50,753 nt of DNA, from positions 1 to 50,753 of the forward strand of contig JAJZJK010000001.1 in assembly GCA_021851145.1 (NCBI GenBank), given 5' to 3'. Positions 34,549 through 43,552 of this stretch are shown piece after piece. The notes below the pieces were generated by a model that was not told where the DNA came from, ran no database searches, and saw only the letters and a list, made by a program, of their open reading frames with translations. Both the position numbers and the translations under genes were made by a program. The first letter of the stretch is position 1; each line of letters starts with the position of its first letter. The stretch is from Nanobdellota archaeon. Lineage in GTDB: Archaea > Nanobdellota > Nanobdellia > Parvarchaeales > Parvarchaeaceae.

Positions 34549-35676
34549 ATGGATGATATGCAAATGGATAATTCACTTAGTCAAGGGATAAAAGGAATAA
34601 AATACGATGCTAGCAAGACAAAAGAGTTTGATAAGTCTCTAGAGGAATTAATTGCATCAAGAAGAGCAAATATAAAGGTTGTAGGAGTAGGCGGTTCTGG
34701 TAACAATACTCTTAATAGAATGTTTGAAGTTGGAATAAAAGGGGCAGAGTTTATTGCAGTAAATACAGACGCAGCAGATCTTTTGTGCACTCCCGCAGAT
34801 AAAAAGATACTTATAGGTAAGGAATTAACAAACGGTTTAGGGGCAGGTGCAGATCCATCAGTAGGTGAAGCGGCTGCTAAAGAGCAGGAGCAGGAGATCA
34901 AAGAAGCGCTTCAAGGTGCGGATTTAGTTTTTATATGTTGTGGTATGGGTGGTGGAACCGGTACTGGTGCTGCTCCGGTCGTTGCGTCTGTAGCTAAAAA
35001 GATAAATGCGCTTACAATCGCAGTAGTCACTTTGCCATTTAAAGCAGAGGGCAGGAGAAGAATGAATTCTGCAATTAGTGGAGTCGAAAAACTAAAAAAC
35101 ACTGTAGACACATTGATAACAGTTCCAAATGAAAAATTAATGGCAATAGCCCCTGGTTTGCCTCTTCCAATTGCATTAAAGATAGCAGATGATGTTCTTA
35201 CAAATGCAGTTAAAGGGATAACAGAATTGATAACTAAAGCAGGACTTATAAATGTAGACTTCGCAGATGTAAAACGAATTATGTCTAACGGAGGAGTTGC
35301 GCTTATAGGTACTGGAGAAAGCGATGCTAAAGACAAAAAGCTTGAAACTGTAGTGGAAAAAGTTCTTAATAACCCACTTATAGACGTAGATGTTTCAACT
35401 GCAAAAGGTATGTTAATTGATGTAAGTGGCGGCCCTTCGCTCACTTTAGAAGAAGCAAACAAGCTTGTCGATTTAATCGGCCAAAAATTGCCTGAGGATA
35501 TAAACATAATATGGGGTGCACATATATTCCCGGACTTGAAGAATACTGTAAAGGTTCTTGCAATAATAACCGGCGTTACCTCAAAACAAATAAGCGGTAA
35601 GTCCATAGCAGAGGATCAACAACTTAAGGAAAAGAAGGAAGTTGAAGACGAGCTTGGCATAACCTTTCTAAGTTAA
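34549..35676 (+). CDS. ftsZ: Cell division protein FtsZ (paralogue 2)
   Basis: VVGVGGSGNN, FIAVNTDAADL and tubulin signature GMGGGTGTGAAPVVA. Followed directly by secE, as in many Euryarchaeota. Confidence 0.93.
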   Translation: MDDMQMDNSLSQGIKGIKYDASKTKEFDKSLEELIASRRANIKVVGVGGSGNNTLNRMFEVGIKGAEFIAVNTDAADLLCTPADKKILIGKELTNGLGAGADPSVGEAAAKEQEQEIKEALQGADLVFICCGMGGGTGTGAAPVVASVAKKINALTIAVVTLPFKAEGRRRMNSAISGVEKLKNTVDTLITVPNEKLMAIAPGLPLPIALKIADDVLTNAVKGITELITKAGLINVDFADVKRIMSNGGVALIGTGESDAKDKKLETVVEKVLNNPLIDVDVSTAKGMLIDVSGGPSLTLEEANKLVDLIGQKLPEDINIIWGAHIFPDLKNTVKVLAIITGVTSKQISGKSIAEDQQLKEKKEVEDELGITFLS

Positions 35677-35678
35677 TT

Positions 35679-36131
35679 ATGGATGAAAATAAAAGTCTTG
35701 CGGATGCTAATTCTGGTACAACTGATAAAAAAGAGGGATCAGTTAATACAGTAACTCCGTTGTCTAGTAATTCTCAGGAAGAAAAGCCTAGTATTCAAGT
35801 TGTAGATAATAAAAATATTCATAATAATCAGAATGTTACTGCACAGTCTACAGTTCAGAGCAGTTCACATGAAAATCATAAAGATGAAAAACCTAAAGTA
35901 AAGAAAAAAAGATTTCACCTATACCATGTTAAAAACCTGCTTAAAAAGGCCCATCCTTTAAACATAAAAGCAAAATTAGAGCATTACAGGTTTGAGTATA
36001 GTAGGATACTTCACCTCGCCAGAAAACCTACAAAACAGGAATTCAAAGAGCTTTCTATAATGGTAATAATCGGAACATTCATAATAGGTATACTTGGGTT
36101 TATAATACAGATGATAATTCAGGTTATCTAA
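35679..36131 (+). CDS. secE: Preprotein translocase SecE / Sec61-gamma with long low-complexity N-terminal extension
   Basis: The C-terminal ~55 aa (FEYSRILHLARKPTKQEFKELSIMVIIGTFIIGILGFIIQMII) are a canonical archaeal SecE. The preceding ~90 aa are S/T/N/Q/K-rich, and there is no internal Met to shorten the ORF. Confidence 0.8.
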   Translation: MDENKSLADANSGTTDKKEGSVNTVTPLSSNSQEEKPSIQVVDNKNIHNNQNVTAQSTVQSSSHENHKDEKPKVKKKRFHLYHVKNLLKKAHPLNIKAKLEHYRFEYSRILHLARKPTKQEFKELSIMVIIGTFIIGILGFIIQMIIQVI

Positions 36132-36239
36132 TCATAAGCAATTATTTTAAGTTTTATGCAATGTCAAGCGTATATCTTGTTAGTTATTTTATCCAGTGTT
36201 AATAATAACCTATAAATTAATTGAATTTATTAGAATAGT

Positions 36240-36797
36240 ATGTCAAAGTCAACTAACCTTAAGTCAATTCGTAGAAATAAACAAAATTGTAATATTTACA
36301 AACTTTCTCCAATTAAAGAGAATGCAAGTGTTTCGGTTGACAAAAGTGTATTGAACATAATCGATCTGTTTAGAGGGGAAACACCCAGAGCCAAATTCAT
36401 AAATGATTCACTTAAACGTGGGTTAGGTTTATTTGAAGCAGTATGGATATTCAAGGAAGAGTTGCTTGAATTAGGCATGCATGATAAGGTTATTGCAAGG
36501 GTAGCTAGGAGTTCTATAAAGCCTTTGCATAAACACGCAGGGTTTGTTGAAATAACCCAGGAAAGCATAGAATTTTACAATAAAAAACTTGATAAAGCCG
36601 TCATGAGTATAAACAAAAAATCAATTTCTGAAATAAATATAGGGTATGATAAGTTATTCAAAAAAGAATTTTATTCATACTCTGCTCCCTTGCGTTTTGT
36701 TTTTAACGGGAAAACATTATACTTATTTTTGAGGCTTCCCGGAGAGAAAAAATTTAAAGGTGACGATAAACTTTTCATAGGTCTAATCGGGGATTGA
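36240..36797 (+). CDS. Hypothetical protein, possible N-terminal ribbon-helix-helix-like segment
   Basis: 185 aa. VSVDKSVLNIIDLFRGETPRAKFINDSLKRGL looks like beta-strand-helix-helix. Its stop lies 1 nt before the P-type ATPase start. Confidence 0.45.
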   Translation: MSKSTNLKSIRRNKQNCNIYKLSPIKENASVSVDKSVLNIIDLFRGETPRAKFINDSLKRGLGLFEAVWIFKEELLELGMHDKVIARVARSSIKPLHKHAGFVEITQESIEFYNKKLDKAVMSINKKSISEINIGYDKLFKKEFYSYSAPLRFVFNGKTLYLFLRLPGEKKFKGDDKLFIGLIGD

Positions 36798-36798
36798 C

Positions 36799-39213
36799 AT
36801 GGCCAAAAGTGTTGAAATAAACAAAGAAACCGAATTTAGAAAATTATCCTCTAGCAAAAATGGGCTTTCTGACAAAGAAGCTGAGGAAAGGCTTAAAACA
36901 TATGGGTATAATGAGATAACGAGCAAAAAAGTGAATCCTATAAAAAAATTTCTTTTAAAATTCTGGGGCCCAATACCTTTAATGCTTTTTATTGTAATCT
37001 TAATATCTGTTTTTCTAGGCAAGGATATAGACGCTTACATAGTAATAGGCCTTCTTTTATTTAACGGGATAGTGGGTTTTCTTGAGGAATTTAAGGCAGA
37101 TAACACGTTAGAACTGTTAAAGAACAAGCTTTCCGTAAATGTAAATGTTCAAAGAGACAATCAGTGGAAAAGATTGCCTTCTAAATTACTTGTACCTGGT
37201 GATATAATCAGAGTAAGGATGGGGGATATAGTCCCTGCTGACTGCCTTATAATAGAAGGAGACTATCTTTCAGTTGACCAGTCAATGCTTACTGGAGAAT
37301 CACTTCCTGTAGATAAAAAGGAGGGAAGCACTTTGTTTTCTTCTTCTACAGTAAGAGAAGGGGAAGCAACTGCTCTAGTTTTAAAGACTGGAAAAAACAC
37401 TTCATTTGGTAAAACCGCAGATCTTTTGAAGATCGCAGGCGGAAAAATGCACTTGGAGAACGACATTTTAAAGCTACTTAAATATCTTATTTATGTTGAT
37501 GTTCTGCTTATTATCGCAGTTTTTATAGCATCTTATATCTCCCACATAAATCTGCTTACAATAATTCCATTTTCTCTTCTTATCCTTTTAGCATCAGTTC
37601 CAGTTGGTTTGCCCGCAGCATTTACAGTTGCAATGGCGTATGGTACAGAAAGGCTTTCATCAAAGAACATATTAGTCACTAAACTTGAAGCTATAGAGGA
37701 AGCCTCTACAATGAATGTAGTCTGCCTTGATAAAACCGGTACCATTACAAGTAATCAGCTTTCAGTTTCCGAGCCATTTGGATATGGTAAATTTTCAGCA
37801 GAGGATGCCCTTTTTTATGGATCAATTGCATCAAAGAGGGAGGATAATGATGAGATAGATAATGCTATCATAGACGGCCTTAAAAAATACAATACAAAAA
37901 AGTTAGAATTAGACTATAAGCTAGTGAAATTTACGCCTTTTAGCCCTTCTACAAAAATATCTCAGGCTGATGTTATACTAAATGGAAAGAAAATGTCTGC
38001 AATAAAAGGCTTTCCAGAAATTGTAATGAAAAAATGCGCTTTAGACTCATCAGAAACAAAGAAAGTAAATGCAAAGATAAAAGAGATGTCTTTAAAGGGT
38101 TATCGTACTATAGCAGTGGCCGCTAAATTAAGTGATAAAAAAGACTGGTCTTTTGTAGGCATAGTTCCATTAAATGATAAGCCGAGGGAAGACAGTAAAA
38201 CTCTGATAGAAGAGCTTAAGGCGTTGGGAATAAAAACAAAGATGCTTACTGGAGACAATATTGATACAGCAAAGGAAATAGCTAAGGAAGTTGGGATTGG
38301 AGAAAAAATACTGGATGTTAAAACTTTGGAGGGCTTAGACGAGAAAACTCTTTCAAGGTTAATTATCGAGCATGATGGATTTGCAGGAGTATTCCCCAAG
38401 GACAAATATGCCATAGTAAAGGCGTTGCAAGACGCTGGTTATCATGTAGGTATGACCGGGGATGGAGTGAATGATGCACCTGCGTTAAAACAAGCAGAAG
38501 TTGGTATAGCCGTTTCAAATGCTACGGATGTAGCAAAAAGCGCTGCAACAATAGTTTTAACTTCTCCAGGAATAGAACCAATAGTAAATGCAGTAAAAGA
38601 AAGCCGATCCATATTTGAAAGGATGATAAGTTATACTTTAAACAAAGTAACTAGGATATTCCAGATAGCATTTTTCCTTTCTATCGCTTTTATAATACTA
38701 AAGTTCCTTCCAATAAGGGCCGTGCAGCTTATTCTTATGATATTCTTAAACGACATAGGGAGTATAGCTTTATCTACCGACAAGGAAAGCTATTCTAAGA
38801 GGCCAGACGCTTGGGATATAAAAGCGATATTCTACGCTTCCACACTTTTTGGAGCGATGGTAATACTTGAAGTTGGTATCCTAGCTTACTTTGGCTTATT
38901 TTATTTCCATTTGAGCCATTCTTCATTTGAGACATTCATGTTCGTTGCATTTATGTTTTCTATAGAGGCACTTCTTTTGTCAATAAGGTCTAGAAGAAGG
39001 TTTTTCAATTCAAGGCCAAGCATACCTGTCATGCTGCAGATAATACTGGCGATTGTAATAACAGCTATAATAGCATATTTCGGTATATTAATGTCAAGCA
39101 TAAGCATATACTACATTCTATTTATGGGGGTTGTTGCAGTTGTCTTCCTTTTAATAACAGACTATATAAAGATATTTGCTTACAAAAAAGATAAAGAGTT
39201 CTCGCTGCTTTGA
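36799..39213 (+). CDS. P-type ATPase, plasma-membrane H+-ATPase-like (P3A type)
   Basis: TGES (MLTGESLPV), phosphorylation site CLDKTGTITSNQ and hinge MTGDGVNDAPALKQAEVGIAV. The N-terminus GLSDKEAEERLKTYGYNEI...FLLKFWGPIPLM resembles fungal/plant/M. jannaschii-type H+-ATPases. Confidence 0.85.
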   Translation: MAKSVEINKETEFRKLSSSKNGLSDKEAEERLKTYGYNEITSKKVNPIKKFLLKFWGPIPLMLFIVILISVFLGKDIDAYIVIGLLLFNGIVGFLEEFKADNTLELLKNKLSVNVNVQRDNQWKRLPSKLLVPGDIIRVRMGDIVPADCLIIEGDYLSVDQSMLTGESLPVDKKEGSTLFSSSTVREGEATALVLKTGKNTSFGKTADLLKIAGGKMHLENDILKLLKYLIYVDVLLIIAVFIASYISHINLLTIIPFSLLILLASVPVGLPAAFTVAMAYGTERLSSKNILVTKLEAIEEASTMNVVCLDKTGTITSNQLSVSEPFGYGKFSAEDALFYGSIASKREDNDEIDNAIIDGLKKYNTKKLELDYKLVKFTPFSPSTKISQADVILNGKKMSAIKGFPEIVMKKCALDSSETKKVNAKIKEMSLKGYRTIAVAAKLSDKKDWSFVGIVPLNDKPREDSKTLIEELKALGIKTKMLTGDNIDTAKEIAKEVGIGEKILDVKTLEGLDEKTLSRLIIEHDGFAGVFPKDKYAIVKALQDAGYHVGMTGDGVNDAPALKQAEVGIAVSNATDVAKSAATIVLTSPGIEPIVNAVKESRSIFERMISYTLNKVTRIFQIAFFLSIAFIILKFLPIRAVQLILMIFLNDIGSIALSTDKESYSKRPDAWDIKAIFYASTLFGAMVILEVGILAYFGLFYFHLSHSSFETFMFVAFMFSIEALLLSIRSRRRFFNSRPSIPVMLQIILAIVITAIIAYFGILMSSISIYYILFMGVVAVVFLLITDYIKIFAYKKDKEFSLL

Positions 39214-39217
39214 TAAC

Positions 39218-40048
39218 ATGAAAACAAGCAGATACTTAATATTTCTGTTTTCTTTTTTGTTTTCCTACTTAATTTATTTTTTCTTTCATTCTTACAATCA
39301 ATTTTATTATGCAGTGCCAATTGCAGTTCTTTCGTCACTTATTTTATTGACTTATACATCACATAAGAATTATTTTTATGTAGTTTTTGCAGGTTTAATA
39401 GTGTTGGTTTTTTCTAGGTTAATACCAATAAACTTTTCTATTGAGTTGATTTCTCTAAGTCTGTTTATACAGTTTTTGTTTATATCGGATTTGTCATTAA
39501 AAGCCTCCAAAATTAGCAGTAAGCTAGAAGTAAGAAGAGACCTGGTTCAAATCGTTATAGGGAGCATATCTTTATTTGTAATTGCATTAGCTTACAAGCA
39601 ATTGCTTTTGGCGTTGATTCTTTTAGGCATACTTTCAGCGCACATTATACTGGTTTATGGCAATAAAATCAAAAAATGGACAAATTTACTGGAAAGAGAG
39701 GGGGTTATATTTGGTTCAGGAGCAATCTCAATGGCAGTTGGTGTCACTTTATTATTAGGGTTGATAACTCATCAAAATTTTCTTTTTTTTAGTATGTTTT
39801 CTCTATTAATTTCAGATCCTATTGCCACTGTAACCGGTTTGAAAATAATGAAAAAACCCGGAAATAAATCGTTTGTAGGAAGTGCTGCCTTCTTTATTTC
39901 TTCATTAATCCCGGGGTTAATACTTTTTGGAGCATTTGGGATTGTTTTTTCATTCATATTAATGCTTGCAGAGAGATTTAGCCCAATTGATGATAATATT
40001 TTTATAGCAATTATAGCAGTTTTTCTGTCTTTTGTCTTTATCATATAA
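39218..40048 (+). CDS. Polytopic membrane protein, dolichol/polyprenol kinase (CTP-transferase-1 family, COG0170-like) candidate
   Basis: C-terminal LLISDPIATVTGLKIMKKPGNKSFVGSAAFFISS resembles the SD..A...G...G..KS.EGS motif. Start set to the first ATG after the ATPase stop (the ORF-track start 39176 overlaps the ATPase). Confidence 0.5.
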   Translation: MKTSRYLIFLFSFLFSYLIYFFFHSYNQFYYAVPIAVLSSLILLTYTSHKNYFYVVFAGLIVLVFSRLIPINFSIELISLSLFIQFLFISDLSLKASKISSKLEVRRDLVQIVIGSISLFVIALAYKQLLLALILLGILSAHIILVYGNKIKKWTNLLEREGVIFGSGAISMAVGVTLLLGLITHQNFLFFSMFSLLISDPIATVTGLKIMKKPGNKSFVGSAAFFISSLIPGLILFGAFGIVFSFILMLAERFSPIDDNIFIAIIAVFLSFVFII

Positions 40049-40077
40049 TTTAAATATTAGGAGGTTGATAAAAAATA

Positions 40078-40713
40078 ATGTCGAGTATCTTTTCAAGTGA
40101 AGTTTTCGTTGAATTCTCAACTATACTTATATTTTTGTTAACTGTCCCGTTGGCATCATTAATGACATACAAATTCTTTAAGAAAAAAGCAAAAAGCCAA
40201 CTGGCTTGGTCTTTAGGACTTTGGCTGTTCGGAGTAGGGGTTTTACTAGAAATTTTGTTCTCATTTAACTTTTATAATGCCTTCTTGATAAAAGTTTATC
40301 TTGCATCAGTCGCTTTCCTGGTTAGCTTTTTAGCTTTAGGTTCAACTGTATTACTAAAGAATAAAAAAGTTTTCAGTTATTATGGTATATTCTTTATTTT
40401 ATCAGCAATATTTGTTGTATATTCTCTTATAGTTTCTACAATAGGGAATGTGCTTACAAACTATGTTGTTTTCGGAGTTCTTCCGCTTCTTGTAGTAATT
40501 TCCTCTTCTGTAATGACTTTTCCGGCGGCTGCCATGCTTATAGCAGTAGCTGTGATTTCATACAGAAAAACATCAAATAAGAAGATGCTTTCTATAATTG
40601 CAGGGGTTGTTATTGTCAGTGTAGCAGGCTCTCTATATATCGCGCATTTTCCAACGTTCTTATACTATTCTGAATTCATTGGGATACTACTCCTTTGGCT
40701 GGGTTTTATATAG
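40078..40713 (+). CDS. Hypothetical polytopic membrane protein
   Basis: 211 aa with about 6 hydrophobic helices. No motif recognised. Confidence 0.5.
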   Translation: MSSIFSSEVFVEFSTILIFLLTVPLASLMTYKFFKKKAKSQLAWSLGLWLFGVGVLLEILFSFNFYNAFLIKVYLASVAFLVSFLALGSTVLLKNKKVFSYYGIFFILSAIFVVYSLIVSTIGNVLTNYVVFGVLPLLVVISSSVMTFPAAAMLIAVAVISYRKTSNKKMLSIIAGVVIVSVAGSLYIAHFPTFLYYSEFIGILLLWLGFI

Positions 40714-40775
40714 TTTTTAAATACCCCTTTAAATTTAATAGGAAAAATATAAAAGCTTAAAATAAGTTAAATTAA

Positions 40776-42380
40776 ATGCCAACAAAGTTTATAGTAGTTT
40801 TAGGATCAATAATGAGTGGGTTAGGCAAAGGGGTTGTATCCTCTTCTATAATGAAGATACTGGATATGTATAATTTTAAGGTCCTACCAATAAAGTTTGA
40901 CGGTTACTTAAATTATGACTGTGGAACTATGAACCCTTATAGGCATGGAGAAGTTTTTGTATTAGACGATAAAGGGGAGGTAGACATGGATTTTGGAACT
41001 TATGAAAGGTTCCTTAATAAAAATCTTACAAGTAGCTCTTCTATAACAGGAGGTAAACTCTTCGGAAGTATAATAGAAAAAGAAAGAAAAGGGGAATATC
41101 TTGGTGAGGATGTTCAAGTGATACCCCACCTTACAAATGAGATACAGGAAAAAGTAAAGGATTTTGCAATCAAAAATAAACTTGATTTTGTTGTAATAGA
41201 AGTTGGCGGAACAGTTGGAGATATCGAGAATGGTTATTTTATTGAGGCTATGAGACAGCTTTCTCTTAAAGAAGAAGTAATATTTGTTGACGTTACATAT
41301 GTGCCAAGGTTGAAAACCGTCGGTGAGCAAAAAAGCAAGCCAACTCAGTCAGCTTTTAGAGCTTTAATGGGGATGGGGATAATGCCAAACTTTCTTATCT
41401 GTAGAACAGATGGGGAGATGAGCGAAGGTATAAAAAAGAAACTTGCAATGTTTACAAGTTTGGATGAAAATAGGGTAATAAATGATCCAGATATGGACTC
41501 CCCCTATCAACTGCCACAGTACCTAATAGACCAGAATTTTGATAAGATCCTATTAAACTCATTAAAATTACCAAATAAAAAAATAAATAAGCAAAAATTT
41601 GCAAAGTGGAGCAGAGACGTTGGAAAAATTACCAGTAAAGACGGGAAAAACATTACAGTAGCTGTTGTAGGTAAGTATGTTGAATTAAAAGACTCGTATG
41701 TAAGTGTCAAAGAAGCTTTAATGCACGCAGCAGGGAAATTATCAATTAATCTAAATATAAAGTGGATCGAATCTGAATTACTTGAAAAATCAGATCCATC
41801 AGTTGTTCTAAAAGGAATAAAAGGTTTAGTGGTCCCGGGCGGATTTGGGAAAAGAGGTATAGAAGGGATGATAACAGCAATAAAGTATGCCAGAGAGAAC
41901 AAGATACCTTACTTAGGATTGTGTTTGGGCATGCAGTTAATGGCTGTGGAATTTGCAAGAAATGTTTGTGGTTTAAAGGGCGCAAACTCAACCGAATTTG
42001 ATCCTAAAACAAAGTACAATATAATTGACATTTTACCCTCACAAGTTTCAATAAAGCAGAAGGGGGGCACAATGCGTTTAGGTGCCTGGGATATGGTAAT
42101 AAAAAATAAAGATTCAATTGCCTTTTCATCTTATAATAAAAAGGTAGTGTCTGAACGACACAGGCACAGGTACGAATTTAATAATAAATTTGGGAAAACT
42201 TTAGAGAATTCAGGACTTAAAGTAACCGCAACTACAACCGACAATAAATTAGTAGAGATTATAGAATGGCCAATAGGTTTTGGAGTAGCTACACAGGCAC
42301 ATCCTGAGCTGAAATCCAGGATAGAATCTCCTGCCCCGCTGTTTCTATCATTTCTTAGTGCTTCAAAGGATATCAGTTAA
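40776..42380 (+). CDS. pyrG: CTP synthase
   Basis: GKGVVSSSI, YLNYDCGTMNPYRHGEVFVLDDKGEVDMDFGTYERF, GATase nucleophile YLGLCLGMQ, and ERHRHRYEFN. Confidence 0.95.
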   Translation: MPTKFIVVLGSIMSGLGKGVVSSSIMKILDMYNFKVLPIKFDGYLNYDCGTMNPYRHGEVFVLDDKGEVDMDFGTYERFLNKNLTSSSSITGGKLFGSIIEKERKGEYLGEDVQVIPHLTNEIQEKVKDFAIKNKLDFVVIEVGGTVGDIENGYFIEAMRQLSLKEEVIFVDVTYVPRLKTVGEQKSKPTQSAFRALMGMGIMPNFLICRTDGEMSEGIKKKLAMFTSLDENRVINDPDMDSPYQLPQYLIDQNFDKILLNSLKLPNKKINKQKFAKWSRDVGKITSKDGKNITVAVVGKYVELKDSYVSVKEALMHAAGKLSINLNIKWIESELLEKSDPSVVLKGIKGLVVPGGFGKRGIEGMITAIKYARENKIPYLGLCLGMQLMAVEFARNVCGLKGANSTEFDPKTKYNIIDILPSQVSIKQKGGTMRLGAWDMVIKNKDSIAFSSYNKKVVSERHRHRYEFNNKFGKTLENSGLKVTATTTDNKLVEIIEWPIGFGVATQAHPELKSRIESPAPLFLSFLSASKDIS

Positions 42381-42410
42381 TTATATAAAGAATAAAATTG
42401 CTTTATTGTT

Positions 42411-42476
42411 ATGGCAGAAGAAGATGAAGGAAAATGCAGCTGCGGTGGTAACTGTGGATGCGGTTGTTCTGATTAA
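42411..42476 (+). CDS. Candidate 21-aa Cys-rich, metallothionein-like micropeptide (MAEEDEGKCSCGGNCGCGCSD)
   Basis: Hand-translated ATG...TAA ORF 30 nt after the pyrG stop. It has 5 Cys in CxC/CGCGC arrangement and is followed by a T-run (AAATTTTT). It is a local G+C-rich island in AT-rich spacer and is too short for the ORF track. Confidence 0.35.
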   Translation: MAEEDEGKCSCGGNCGCGCSD

Positions 42477-42556
42477 ATTTTTGGTTTAATTCTTATTGTA
42501 TTCTTAAAAAAAGGTTTATTTAAACCTATTTATATAGGTTCTATTCTATAAAAAAG

Positions 42557-43045
42557 ATGGAAGAAAAATTAAAATCTTTCCTAATAAATGAGCTTTTATC
42601 TTCAGGTTTTTCTAATTCAAAAGCTTCAGAACTAGAAAAAAAGCTTTCACGTCTAGGTTCTGCTGGAAATAACGTTGCTGCTGATTTAACAACTTACAGC
42701 AAAAATTATGAAAGTAATAAAAAAATGTTTTATGAAAGATCTATAAATACACTCAGTCAATATGTTTATACCGATACTGTAGCTTATCTTTCGAGCAAAC
42801 TGTTTTCATCCAAAAATGACAACACCGATTGCGCTTTAGATCTTCTTGGAAAGGGATATATTTCCTCTTATGTTAATTTTTTAGATATTAGTTATAAACA
42901 TTCAAAAGGAATAGAATTTCTTTATAAAGTATTTTCTCAAGGTGATTTTAATGAAGAGAAAATTAAAGATTTAATAAGAGAAGATGTAAAAGAAAGAGAT
43001 TTAAAGAAGCTTATCCCACAAGAGATTTTATCTAATATTTATTAA
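42557..43045 (+). CDS. Hypothetical protein
   Basis: 162-aa ORF with no motif recognised. Its 3' end overlaps the convergent SWIM gene by 14 nt. Confidence 0.45.
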   Translation: MEEKLKSFLINELLSSGFSNSKASELEKKLSRLGSAGNNVAADLTTYSKNYESNKKMFYERSINTLSQYVYTDTVAYLSSKLFSSKNDNTDCALDLLGKGYISSYVNFLDISYKHSKGIEFLYKVFSQGDFNEEKIKDLIREDVKERDLKKLIPQEILSNIY

Positions 43046-43352
43046 TCTTATCTTTGTTTTTAATGTATACATTTCTTATCTTTAACATATGCTTGCAAGG
43101 TACTCCATAGTACTGAACGGATTCACAAGTGCAGTTTCCGCCTAATAAATACATAGAAGCTTGTAGGTAGTCGATTTCTACCTTGTGAAAATATCCCTCT
43201 CTTGATTCACTTTCAGTATATCCTGAGATTTTAGTTGTCCTGCCATTTATATTAATCCCATAAATTCTAGTTTTTTTATCAGAAGATATAACCAAACAAG
43301 GACTTCCTAATATCTCATCTAATTTGTAGGTTTTTTGATTTGCTGATGTCAT
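43032..43352 (-). CDS. SWIM-type zinc-finger protein
   Basis: CTCESVQYYGVPCKH = CxCx(n)CxH SWIM signature near the C-terminus of a 106-aa protein. Confidence 0.65.
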   Translation of the reverse strand: MTSANQKTYKLDEILGSPCLVISSDKKTRIYGININGRTTKISGYTESESREGYFHKVEIDYLQASMYLLGGNCTCESVQYYGVPCKHMLKIRNVYIKNKDKINKY

Positions 43353-43552
43353 ATAAAATATAAGAAAGTTACAACTTAAATATTTAAATTTTATTAATTT
43401 TACACATTACTTAACTTTTTTAGAATTAGTCAATTAAATTATACCCACCTAGTTTTATATTTGAATTTGCCTTTTTTTAAATCCTGTTATAGCCACTTAA
43501 TTATTAAAATTGTACCTAAAGTTTAATATCCTATCAATTGTTATTAATACAA

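Noticed and set aside
40962-41991. Minus-strand ORFs (40962-41330, 41507-41902, 41746-41991) inside pyrG
   Set aside because: They are antisense to a motif-complete CTP synthase.
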